A stretch of DNA of 64,000 bases from Cladosporium halotolerans (GCF_011745625.1 NW_027191457.1:186001-250000); one strand, 5' to 3'; shown: positions 46,765 through 58,018, counted from the stretch's first letter. Made by a program: numbers and translations. Notes: generated from the sequence alone by a model not told the origin.

Positions 46765-47883
46765 TCACCAACTCACCACCCCCTTCTCTCTATCAAACCC
46801 ACCCCGCAACTGCCTCTCAGGCTTCACGACCTTGCCCTGCAAAACCGTGAAGCGGACCACGTTCTCGCAGTCCTCAGGCCTAATCCTAGCCAGCCAGATG
46901 CACTGCGCCGCCTCGCCGCCGACCTCTCCCTTGCCGTCCGCGATCTGCTCGCCAACGTCCCGCTTCGGCTCGCCGCGACGGTACACCATCATGTTCGCCG
47001 AATACTTGTGCCCGCCCACGTGCGAAATGAAGTAGATGCCGACGCCGCCGGGCCGCTCGTCGTGTAGGTCGCGGTACAGGCCGAGGGGGCGCAGCTGGCG
47101 CTCCAGCTCACGGCGCAGCAAGGGTGCTGATTGACCACAGCGTGCGTCGCGGGTGCCTTGCGAACAGAGCAGGATCAGATATTTGTGCGGGCAATCACGG
47201 AGGGTCATGCCCTCGGGGAGGTTGGAGGGGTCGAGGGAGAGGTCTGGGGGTGTAGGAGGGCCTGAGGGTTCTGAGGGGCCGTTGGAGGATGTCGGGAGTG
47301 AGAGGGGTGTGAGGTTTGTCGGCGCGGGGTTGATGACGCTCTGGATGAGTTGGGGGACTTTGTTCGGTGTGACGCCGTCGATCCATTTGAAGACGGGCAG
47401 CAGCAGGACGGTCGTAGGCCTGTCCTTGCCGTAGGGGCCTTCGCTGTCTGCATGATCTGGAACGGGGATGTTTGTTGCACTGAGCATGAGCTTCCCGCCC
47501 TCGACGTCGTCGTTGTGCTTGCCCATCGCTTCCATGACGCTGCCTTTCTCGTCGGCGACATCGCGAACCCAGTCGCTCTTGCCCGTCGCAACGAGCAAGT
47601 GCCGACTCCAGCCCTGGATGTGTCCATACAGCTTGTCATCCTCATCAATTGCCCATTTCCTGGGCAGGCTTATGCTGCAGCTTTCGCAGTCGTGCAGACA
47701 TTCTTCACCGTCGATTTCAGCCTTCGTTCGCGCGAACAAGGCGTCGGTGCCTTTTGCTGTCAAAAATCCATCTTTGCGCTTCTCAGTCGCGGTTAAGTCG
47801 GTGGACGAGGCATTGGGTGTGAAGCGGTCCGTCAAAGAGCGCAGTAGCGAGGTCATCTTGAATGTGTTGATTGGGGCGCGCAT
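46765..47883 (-). CDS. APD1: Sucrase/ferredoxin-like thioredoxin-fold 2Fe-2S protein (Apd1/Aim32 family)
   Basis: C-X8-C (LCSQGTRDARCG) and HxGGH (SHVGGHKYSAN) Fe-S ligand motifs, plus N-terminal CLHDCESC and TGKSDW. Start is at 47883 or 47856. Confidence 0.88.
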   Translation of the reverse strand: MRAPINTFKMTSLLRSLTDRFTPNASSTDLTATEKRKDGFLTAKGTDALFARTKAEIDGEECLHDCESCSISLPRKWAIDEDDKLYGHIQGWSRHLLVATGKSDWVRDVADEKGSVMEAMGKHNDDVEGGKLMLSATNIPVPDHADSEGPYGKDRPTTVLLLPVFKWIDGVTPNKVPQLIQSVINPAPTNLTPLSLPTSSNGPSEPSGPPTPPDLSLDPSNLPEGMTLRDCPHKYLILLCSQGTRDARCGQSAPLLRRELERQLRPLGLYRDLHDERPGGVGIYFISHVGGHKYSANMMVYRRGEPKRDVGEQIADGKGEVGGEAAQCIWLARIRPEDCENVVRFTVLQGKVVKPERQLRGGFDREKGVVSW

Positions 47884-48582
47884 GTTTGTGAGGGGCGCTC
47901 TGCGCGGGCTTTATCAGATGCTCCAGGCGGAATTGGGGCCGTCGTTCTTCCTTCGGATTGCGTTACGACGGACTTTCGGAGCGATGTGGACGTCCGGTAG
48001 TGATGGGTGGTAAGGCGAAGATTTTGTGTCAAGGAGAGTATAGAGCAGATCACTAGAGTCGGCAGTGACTGATGCGGCGGCCATCTTCATTACTTGCGCC
48101 CATCACTGTCTCGCACCTTCAGCTCGGTGGTATGTGGTCTCGGACCCGGTGAAGTCCGACCAAACAGGCGGAGATAGCATTGGCCCTTGCAAGGGCGTTG
48201 ATTGACCCGAATATGATCACATACAATGTGTACCGTCACGCCATGATTGGGGACACTTATATTTGGGCTCTGTTGCTCGTATAGGATGGCATGTCCATCC
48301 GAAGTATTCTTGCTAGAGGCGCTGATGTTGCTGCCTGAGGTCTCAGTCGGTTAAGACTTCTTCCGTTGACTTCACTTTCCTGCGATGCTTGTATTTCCAG
48401 CCACGCTGGACGCGGTGCGCTTGTTCGGCTCATCCATCTGACCGCAGCCGATCAGGGGCTTGAATTTCTGCACAATCTCTGAGCGATCAGTGTCTGGATC
48501 AATTAGACAGGACCGCCATTTGTCAACCACTTGTCGTACCTCGTAGCAACGACATGCCGAACCTGCCTTTCCGGCAAAGTCC

Positions 48583-49641
48583 ATGGCGCACCAAAGTCGA
48601 TGCATATTCCTGACTGGTGCACCGATATCAGACGAACTCGATTGGGCCAATTCCGTACTTTTGTCGGACTTCACGATTGGAGAAATAGCATCTCGCGCGA
48701 ATGACACACGCAGTAGCCCGCAGCCAACGCCGTCATGGCAAGCGCCTGTCTGGAGGGCCATCGCGTTGACACCCGAGCGTTCGAAAGCATCTATGCAAGA
48801 ATTGCCAACACAGTTCCTGTCTTTTGGAGATAAGATCCCCGACTTAGACATTGCCACAAAGCAGGACTTTCTCGAGCATTCCATCGCACTGATCGACGAC
48901 CTGGCCTCTTCGCAGATCGCTCCCACGGGTCTTGAGGGATCAACATTTCTGGACTACACGAATCTGTCCTTCGTGTCAGACACATCTCTGCACTTGACGG
49001 ATACCTCAGAAATCTCGCAATCTCCCAAAAAGCAACCTGTCAATGTCAATCTCCCGGTCACGGACATTAGACAGATTCCGTCGGCCTCACACATCCTCTC
49101 TATTTCCCCTCAGACGATCACGCTCAATCTGCTCTGCGCCGTAATATCAGTCTCTCAGCCCCGGACAGTCAACCTTCGCCGACGGCAACGCAGCAACAAC
49201 GGCCGGCCTAACACAATGGAAATACTAGATTTGCTTGTAGGGGACGACACTCGAGCCGGCTTCAGCATTAGCTTCTGGCTGCCGCCTGTCGACTCTCAGA
49301 AATCCAATGCCAATGATAGCGAAGATCTACGGCTCACGTTGCAGACTCTACGCGCAGGCGATGTGGTGCTTGTCACTAATGTAGCCCTGAGCGTCTGGCG
49401 AGGCGCTGTGTATGGACAGAGTTTGGGCAAGCGCTGGGCGAGGAACAGCACACGTGTGGCGAAGATTGAGGACGGAGAAGTGGAGCGAGGCCTTTCGGTT
49501 GGAGTCAAGGGCAAACTCGCAAAAGTAAGGAGCTGGCGGGAGGACTTTGTAGGGAGAGATACGAGTGTCCGGAGGTCTACTAGGGTCAAAGCAAGCAAGC
49601 GGAAACGAGAGGAGGAATTGCCTCCCGACACACAAGACTAG
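48583..49641 (+). CDS. OB-fold ssDNA-binding-like protein resembling shieldin subunit 2 (SHLD2/FAM35A)
   Basis: Single-exon 352-aa ORF. C-terminal OB-fold pattern NLLCAVISVSQPRTV..LDLLVGDDTRAGFSISFW..LRAGDVVLVTNVALSVWRGAVYGQS, with N-terminal IFLTGAPI and WRAIAL motifs. The CDS is confident; the SHLD2 relationship is an inference. Confidence 0.8.
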   Translation: MAHQSRCIFLTGAPISDELDWANSVLLSDFTIGEIASRANDTRSSPQPTPSWQAPVWRAIALTPERSKASMQELPTQFLSFGDKIPDLDIATKQDFLEHSIALIDDLASSQIAPTGLEGSTFLDYTNLSFVSDTSLHLTDTSEISQSPKKQPVNVNLPVTDIRQIPSASHILSISPQTITLNLLCAVISVSQPRTVNLRRRQRSNNGRPNTMEILDLLVGDDTRAGFSISFWLPPVDSQKSNANDSEDLRLTLQTLRAGDVVLVTNVALSVWRGAVYGQSLGKRWARNSTRVAKIEDGEVERGLSVGVKGKLAKVRSWREDFVGRDTSVRRSTRVKASKRKREEELPPDTQD

Positions 49642-49941
49642 GGTATAGAGTAGCCTACATCAAGCAGTCTACCAGCGGTTTTTTCTCAGACTCGTTCGGC
49701 TTTCAGCTTGTAGCCTGCGATAGAAATAGGAGGCTTTGAAATGGGGGGATATGACCAATGCTTTGTCTCAAGCCTCATCGCCCAAGGGTTTGCGTGCACA
49801 ACAGCGGATTGCATAAGGCTTTCCCAAGAGCACAGAATGTCAATCAGAGCTGCAATTATTTTTGTCGTTGACACTGCATTGCTTTTCATATCTTCAGTGC
49901 CGCCATCAATTTCCGTGAGAATATCTACATCCACCAATCGC

Positions 49942-51806
49942 CTAGAAAGTGGTCTGCGCCAGCCGACTGGCAGCATTCCTTGCATCAACACGGTCATCTT
50001 CTTCTTCCTGGACCTTGGACAGCGAACTGGCAGTGCTGGTAGCCCGCTTCCTACCACCGGGCGTACCGTCATCACCATCGTCCGCGCCCTCGGCACCTTC
50101 CTCGGCAACACCAGGGATACCAGGGAAAGAACCAGAGATAGACCTGTTCAGCCCATCCGGCCTTCTGGCGACGCCGCTCCATGCGTCGCCTTTAGGTCCT
50201 TGTGACGAGGCCAGAGACGAACGCCTTATCTGAGGGTGCGCCTCGCGGCCTAGTCGGGAGAGTCCACCGGAGGCATCGATTGCGCGGATGTCCGGGCGGA
50301 CTTGCTCGAGAGTGGCGAGAGTGCGACGCTCGTGCTCGATTTGCCGGATGACGTACTCTCGGATAGCGACACGGAGGTCGGCGGAAGTGCGAGCGAACCA
50401 CTTACGTTTCTCGACAAGAAGGTTGGCGGTGACACGCTGGGTCTTCTGCTGAAGGTAGCTCTCGTGGCTGCGCGCTTCGTCCAGAGCCGAAATTGCTTCG
50501 TCGACCTTGTCACGCTTGACGCTCGAGCTGGCTTTTAGCCTATCAGCAGCGCTGAGTTTAGACCTGGTCGATTGCTGAGCCTGAGTGAGTTCTCGAAGGA
50601 GGATGTGGCGGTTGGTCAGAGTCTCCTTCACGACGAAAGCGTCGCTGGAGGCGTATGCGAGCGGATCGGAGAGTGTAGTGGCTTCCGCAGTACCCTGGGC
50701 GGCGTGGTAATCTCCGGTCGTCTGGATGACCTTGCCAATCTTGCGGTATGCATTTCCGAGACCAGGGTGAGTCTCTTGCACAGCAAGGCCGGCAACTTTA
50801 GTTCCCAAATCCGACTCAGCAACTCCGAGAGCTATTAATGCGTTAGTAAAAGCGAAGGTCATTACTGCAGGTACCGACTTACATCGTCTGTGCTTCACGA
50901 CCTTGTCAACCTTCTGCTGGGCATCCATGCTGCTAAGATAGAAACCCTTGACCACTGGTCGACTCTCGAGCAGCTCCGGGGTATCATCTGGAGGCGGCGC
51001 GAACTGCTTGAGCATCTTCCTGCGCATACCAGTCGCGGGTTGCTTCTTCCTCACCACAGGGCTATAGCCGAAATCGCTTTCCACGAAGAACACCATCTCC
51101 TCGTCTCTCATCAACACTCCGTTGCTACAAACATTGTTCAGCCATCTTTGCAAAGAAGCCTTGGTGCGAGCTTCGTCCTCCTCTGTACCCATGCCTGCTG
51201 ATGTGAAGGAAGGCGGGACGGATGGCACAAGCGCCTCGGGATTGGAAGCTTGCAAGTGGGTGCCCAGCTTCTGGAATTCCGGGTATGTACGACGAATGTC
51301 GCGGAACTGCGTAGTGCGGAACTTTGGAAGGTTCGTCTGAGAAGAAGTCAGTGTGTTGCAGTGGCATGGCAGTGCATGGGCGCGCATACGTAAACGTCAA
51401 ATCGAAAGATGGCATCCTTCTTGCCGGTCCTCTCCAAGCCCGTGATCTTTGCCTGAAGCTTGTACTGCGGTTGCCGTTGCTGCGGCTGATGCGGTGGAGC
51501 ACCATGGTATCTCGCCGCGCTCAGAGGTCTGCGGTTCTCTTCGCCTTCCTGTCTCTGGCCATCTGCCTGAATCTGTTGCGGCACGTGCTGCTCTGCCTGT
51601 GGCTCCCATTGTTGTGGCTGCTGCTCTTGACTCCAGCCACTGCTTGGCCTATCAATGCCCTCCACAGCACCCACATTGCCCACAGCTGGTGGAGGCAGGT
51701 CTTCGCGACTGACGTTCGCATCGCCGAAGCTCTGCCTAGAAGCCTCGGGACTGCTGGCCCATGGTGAGCTGCCACCAGCATAGCCAGCGGAAGCGGAGTA
51801 ATCCAT
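49942..51806 (-). CDS. VPS17: Retromer PX-BAR sorting nexin Vps17
   Basis: Exons 51806-51390, 51336-50883 and 50831-49942. Motifs YKLQAKITGLERTGKKD, FDVYTNLPKFRTTQFRDIRR, FVESDFGYSP, KQFAPPPDDTPEL, VKETLTNRHIL, IDASGGLSRLGRE and DARNAASRL. Confidence 0.93.
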
Positions 51807-52263
51807 TCTCGGAGTCGGCGGGCCTTCGCGATAGCTACCTTCGTAGAAGGCTCGCTCACTGGTACGTCGTTGGAAGCGGAGGTTCTGCGGTTGCGCTTGG
51901 ACAGGACGCTTGCCTGAAGCTATGTCGCTGGGACGGGGACTGTTAGGGTTGCTGTAGTCGCTGGGGCCTGTTTGTGCGTCGTTCATTGGGCTGTCGTAGC
52001 ACGCATCGTGGGGTGCAGTAGATCGAACGGGAGTGTATGTGTGTGGTGGCCGAAGGTGGAGTGTAGGCTCCGGCAGTCGACGTGGAAGCTCGCTGACGGT
52101 GGAGGCGGGTGTGTGGAGGCGAGCTTGGGGCAGGGATCGCCCGCCTGAAGATTGCGGGCGAAGGCTCCGGACGGAGGCCGACCGTCAATCAAATGGTCGC
52201 GCCATTTCATTGATACCCCTACTTTCTCGGTCTCCTCGTTTTCGGCGTAGAGGTGTTCTGGGC

Positions 52264-55094
52264 ATGTTGTCTCGATGGGTGTGTAGACAGCACGGTGCGG
52301 CGCGTGCGAAGTCGGCCCTGCGAACATCCCTCCCTTCGTCCTACCGCCACTATGCTGTGGTATCGGACGGCTCGCCAGCCGCAAAGGCTGCGCTGGAGCG
52401 GACGAGGAACATAGGAATCATAGCACACATCGATGCGGTTCGTCTATGCTGAATGGTTCCTACAAAGACCAAGACTGACTCAATGGCGACAGGGCAAGAC
52501 TACTACCACTGAACGTATGCTCTATTACAGTGGTTTTTCGCGCAGAATAGGAGGTAAGCGAAAAAACCTAGATGTGCTTCGACTCGTACACGTACATCAA
52601 GGTCGTTTGAATCATGTCTGTATCGACACTGGTGGACAATCGCCACACAACTTTCAAATATCATGTAAAAGCTCAACGATTTTCTCGTGGCTAATGTGTT
52701 CCAGACGTCGACGAGGGCAGCACAGTCACCGATTTCCTGCCTGCAGAACGTGCGCGCGGCATCACCATCCAATCCGCAGCTATCACATTCTCATGGCCGC
52801 CGGGATCTGCGCCCCAAAATACGACCCCAAACACTCCAAAATCGTCCATACCTCACAACATCAACTTAATCGACACACCTGGCCACGCGGATTTCACATT
52901 CGAGGTTCTCCGCTCCCTGCGAGTTCTCGATGGCGCTGTCTGTATTCTGGACGGCGTTGCGGGCGTTGAGGCTCAAACGGAGAAAGTCTGGGCACAGGCT
53001 GCTGCATATGCCATTCCACGACTGATCTTCGTCAATAAGCTAGACCGAGACGGCGCGGCTTTTGCTAGAACGGTGAAGGAAATTGGAGCCAGACTGGACG
53101 TCTGGCCGGCGCTTTGCGAAATTCCCTGGTGGAACGAGGAGGGCAAGCTGGTTGGCCTCGGTGATGTGGTAGGAATGAAAGGCATGCTCTGGAAGCAGGG
53201 TGGAGACGGCAAAGAGATCACAGCATTTGCCGCTTCGGATCTTGAGAAGCAGAATCCCGCATTGGCAGCCGAACTGAAGAAGGCGAGGGTGGCGCTCGTA
53301 GAGCTGCTATCTGAGCACGACGACGAGATGGTTGAGAAGTACCTCGAAGCTGACGAGGACCACCTCGCGATAACTGCACATGATATTATAGCAAGCTTGC
53401 GGCGTTGCACCTTGCAATTCCCGCAACAGGTTGCCCCTGTCTTTGCGGGTGCCAGCTTTCGCAACATTGGCGTGCAGCCACTCCTAGACGCAGTGGTCGA
53501 TCTCTTGCCTTCGCCGGTCGAGCGTCCGGACCCAGTCATGAGCATCAACTCTGCCACACCTCAGACGACACTTGCCACCTTCCTTTCAGACGCTGCCTGG
53601 CAAACGAAGGCTCTGAGCAAAGATAAGGCTTCGACGGCCGTGCAAAACATATCCGCTTGTGCTTTGGCCTTCAAAGTCGTTGCCGATGCTCGCCGTGGAG
53701 TCCTGGTCTACGTAAGAGTCTACTCTGGATCGCTGAGCCGCAACGCTGCAATCTGGAATACCAATCTTCAGCTCACTGAGCGAGCTCAGAAGCTCATGAG
53801 GATGTACGCCAACGATGCTGTCGATATCGACTCCATTCAAGCTGGTCAAATTGGTGTTATTCCCGGACTGAAGCATACACGAACCGGTGACACCCTAATA
53901 TCCTATGCTGGCGCAAACCCGAAGACTGGCCCTCCTGGAGACGTGCGTACCATGCAATTGAAGCCTATCGAAGTGCCGCCGCCCGTCTTCTTCGTAAGCG
54001 TTGAGCCCCAGAGTTTGTCTGAAGAAAGGACGGTGAAAGAAAGCCTGGAGTCTCTGCTAAGAGAGGATCCGAGTTTGCATGTGTCAGTCGATGAGGAAAG
54101 CGGACAGACACACCTAGCCGGCATGGGCGAACTCCATCTTGAGATTGCGAGAGATCGATTGGTGCAAGACCTCAAAGCCAAGGCTCGAATAGGCCGCATC
54201 GAAATCGGATACCGCGAAGCCATTACTACGGAGAGTGGAGAGACAACTGAGACGTACGACCGAGAGGTCTCAGGCAAGACTTCAAGTGCTGCTTGTACCG
54301 CCAACGTTGCCCCACTGGAGGACTCCGACGTCGTTGACACGGAAGGCGACCACATTTTCCGTTTGGCAGACAACAACATACTCACTGTCGCCACGCCGAC
54401 TCTGAAAGAAGACGGCTCGTCTTTCAATGAAGAGTTGCCTGGCCTGCCAGCATCCTTGCCCATCCAGTCTGTCCTACAGTCCTTCCAAACTGGTGTCTCA
54501 GCAGCCCTTGCCCGCGGGCCAACCCACACTTTCCCAGTCCACTCCACCGCAATCAAGATCATCCTAAACCCGCAGGAGCACGTCTTTCCCAACACCACGC
54601 CTGCAGTGCTAGGCTCCGCGGCGCGCCTCGCCGTCCAAAAAGCCCTTCGCGCCAGCGCCAGTCTGTCCCCGACCGCCATGATGGAGCCAGTGATGAATGT
54701 CGCCATCGCAGTCGACGAGCAGAGTCTCGGTAGTGTCGTGCACGATATCTCCTCCGCGCGCGGTGGCAATGTGCTATCTCTCGACGCTTCTGAGGCGGAA
54801 TCCCTGACCCCTACAAACGCCGATGGGCCGTCTGTGGATGTGAAGAGAATCTACACGCCTCCTGACCCCTTCCACGGGTCGTCGGGGACTGAGGATGTGG
54901 GGACGGAAGCGAGTGGAGGCATGCGCACTGTCACTGCTCGTGTGCCGCTGAAGGAGATGGTCGGGTATTTGAAGCATTTGAGGTCTTTGACTGGAGGTAG
55001 AGGTACGTTCACAATGGCTGTTGATCGCTTTGAGAAGATGGGAAGCCAAAGGATGAAAGAGGTGGTGAAGGAGATGCGTGGCGACTATGAGTGA
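52264..55094 (+). CDS. MEF2: Mitochondrial ribosome-releasing factor 2 (EF-G2mt)
   Basis: Exons 52264-52437, 52493-52553 and 52705-55094. Motifs [78 protein letters not shown] and [11 protein letters not shown]. Presequence-like N-terminus. Confidence 0.93.
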
Positions 55095-55095
55095 T

Positions 55096-55130
55096 TTTGG
55101 AGGCGACAACTTTGGAGGCGACAACTTGGA
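55096..55130 (+). repeat. 15-bp tandem duplication just after the MEF2 stop
   Basis: TTTGGAGGCGACAAC x2 followed by TTGGA. Confidence 0.8.
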
Positions 55131-55275
55131 TAAGTTTGAGGTGTATAATATTGTCACAACATGTAAGATACAAGGTCTTGAAACAATCTACTGTCATATC
55201 ACGGAAAGCCACTGAATTCCTCAAGCTGTCTGAAACCCCTTGGAAGTAGTTGAGGGTATTGTAAAACAACTTCCC

Positions 55276-56434
55276 CTAGCATTGGAAAGCAACACCTTGC
55301 CGTTTCACCATATTTTTTCCGCCTCCAGCGAACCCTGTTCCTTCCGTACTCAGCTCTACCAATCCCCTCTCGACTTTGCTCTCTTTCTCCTTCTCCCCAG
55401 CTTCAGCACTCTTCTTTTTCTTAGAACGTCGACCAGGCGTTACATCCTCCTGGCAGACATAGCACCTCACAGTCTCGTCGTGAACCTCATCGTGCGCGCT
55501 CTTATCTGCGACTCGTTGAAATTTCTCGCTGCATGGCTTACAAAGGACATGCCCGCAAGGCTTCGCGAGCACGGCTTTTGTTGCGTTTGAGAGCGCCTTG
55601 TTGCAGCTGGGACACGTTCGCGTTGGCGCAGAAGCATCAACAGTTTCAGATCCGGCGGTTTTGGAAGGCTTGTCCTCGGCGAACTGGACGGTGACCAGAG
55701 ACTTCAGTGTAAAGTCATGGGGTTGCTCTGCAGCAGCCGCAGGACAGGTCGGATGTTGCTTTAGCGGTTTGACCTCAGCTTTTTGCGACGAGGGTGTCTT
55801 GCCCGGGACCCAAAATGCAGGTAGCTCCGTGGAAGAAATGTCGCCCTTCTTCCTGCTCTTGCCGTTGCCGCTGCCCTTTGCGCCATTCGCTAGATCTCTG
55901 AGCTCACTTTCATCAAGCTCGAGTTTTCGCTTGACACCTTTGTTGCCGCCTTCAACGTCCTGCTCAATGGTGATTTTCCCATCTTTGCGATCGACAATGC
56001 GCTCTCCAAGTCCGCTCGACCGCACACTCAACCCAGCCTGCACTTTCTCGAATTCTTCCACAGCCCGGGCCTGAGCTTCAGCATCCTCGATCTGCTTCTC
56101 CTCATCGTCCTCAGCCTTTCGTTGCTCGGCTTCTTTCTTCAGGCGCTTAAGCTCCTTGTTCTGCGCGAGCAAATTGCTTACCGCGCATTCGCGGCAGAAC
56201 AGGTGGCCGTGGCTAGGGCATGAAACCGGTTCGCGGGCGGGCAAAAGGCATAGTTGGCACGAGCCGAAAGGGAGAAATGAATCGCGCGTCAATCGGGTGG
56301 AGCGACTGCCCCACGTGCCTTTCAGTTCGTTGCGCTCGTGTGCAGTGAAGAAGGCGAGGGAGGTGTTTCTTTTGCCTGCTATGTAAGCGAATATTCGTAA
56401 GTAGAGGGTCTGAGGATGTCTTACTGTGTGCCAT
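55276..56434 (-). CDS. NOSIP-like RING finger protein
   Basis: Exon 1 is 56434-56425 (ATGGCACACA) and the intron is 56424-56376, giving MAHSKRNTSLAFFTAHER. Also RLTRDSFLPFGSCQLCL (N-terminal RING/U-box-like), LPAFWVP, C-terminal RING CPSC..KPCGHVLCKPC..CYVC and EGTGFAGGG. Confidence 0.9.
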
Positions 56435-56680
56435 GATGGCCCTTGGAGAGCAATCGCTCAAGCGAAAAGTGCTGTGGCTGACTTTAGAGTGTTGTTGCAT
56501 GTGCTCCGTGAGCCAGTCCAGACCACAGAAAGTGAAAGTGACGCGGGTGAAGGAACGTCATCCCGCTTGGCGACACGCTCGCGTCCGAGGCGTGTCGAAG
56601 TCAGCATTTACATCTCCATCTTCGTTCGTCTCTTTCTCATCAACGTTTCAATGGGACTATTATAACACCGGCTGTCTCAG

Positions 56681-58018
56681 ATGGCAGCAGAAGAGCGGCC
56701 TTACGAGCCGCCTGCAACCACGCGCGCCATTTCCAATGCTACGATTGGGGCAGTCGGTTTCTTGTGCCGCAGCTTTTTATATGCCTTGAGCCGCACAGAA
56801 GTCCACGGCCTAGACCGGGTTCAGGCGCTTCTAGATGAAAGAGCCGATCCAGAGAGGAGGGAGAGAGGATTGATCACAGGTAGAGCGATGTCCGATCTCA
56901 ATTCAATCAATTATGGATGTTGACTAGGCTGCAGTCTCAAATCATGTGAGCGTGTATGTACATCGTCGACATCAAAGGAAACTAAACTGAGGCTGAATCT
57001 TTGATTAGACTTGACGATCCTATAGTCTGGGGCGTGCTACCATTTCGATACCACTGGAATGCGAACAATTCGCGATGGAGTCTCGGGAGCCATGACATCT
57101 GCTTCAAGAAAGGGTACGGTATCCCAAATTAAATGCAGAGTGCCTGCTGAAGGGTGGGACAGGCAAAGCATATTAACGGAATTTTTCACTTATGGCAACA
57201 CTCTGCCTATGCATCGCATTGCACATTCAAAGTACGGAGGCATCTTTCAGCCTACCATGACCCAGGTGATTCGACTACTAAGCGATCCGCACACCGCGTC
57301 GCCACAAATACAGAAGCTCAACGACGTAGAAGATGCAAGACCGTCATCACTACCGCCCACCGATCCCTTTTCTTCGTCAGAACTCACATACACAACCAAC
57401 GGAGAGGACTCCTTCCCAGCACCATCTTTCTACCCCAGCCGACGCCACAGCTGGATCCACGTTTTCCCGGAAGGCAAAATTCACCAGCATCCGGACAAGA
57501 TTATGCGCTACTTCAAGTGGGGCGTCGCACGCATGATTCTCGAGGCCGAACCCTGCCCAGACGTCATCTGCATGTGGATAGACGGGCCGCAGCAGATTAT
57601 GGACAACGAGCGGACGTTTCCTCGACCTTTGCCCAGGCCCGGTAAGGACGTGTCAATCACGTTCGGCGAGAAGATGAACGTCGAGAAAGTCTTCGAGCCG
57701 TTCAGAGAGCGATGGCGCGCGCTGAAAGCCAAGTCGGAGCGCAAGCGGCTGGCTTTGGATGCTGGCGCACTGTCGAAAGACTGGAACGGCGAGCTTGGCG
57801 AGGTTCGGGATCAGGAGCTCAGGTACGGCGCGGAGGCCGTGCAGCTTCGGATAGACGTCACGCTAGCGGTGCGTGAGGAGGTCTTGAAGATCCGGAGGTC
57901 CACCGGATTGCCTGACGAAGACCCCAAGAGCTCACTAGCGGAGACGTGGCGTGAGGAAGGTAGTAAAGATAAGGCGGAGGGGAAGATGAGAGACGAGAGT
58001 GTTGTGAAGGACATGTGA
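56681..58018 (+). CDS. TAZ1: Tafazzin (cardiolipin-remodelling transacylase)
   Basis: Exons 56681-56879, 56935-56953 (19 nt), 57009-57113 and about 57169-58018, giving RGLITVSNHVSVLDDPIVWG (HxxxxD), RWSLGSHDICF, WIHVFPEGKIHQ and YFKWGVARMILE. Confidence 0.93.

Noticed and set aside
52193..52213. 6-codon uORF (MVAPFH*) before MEF2
   Set aside because: Too short to distinguish from chance, and the TSS is unknown.
55096..55130. Direct repeat as a CRISPR-like or mobile-element signature
   Set aside because: A simple adjacent 15-bp duplication without spacers, in a eukaryotic 3' UTR.
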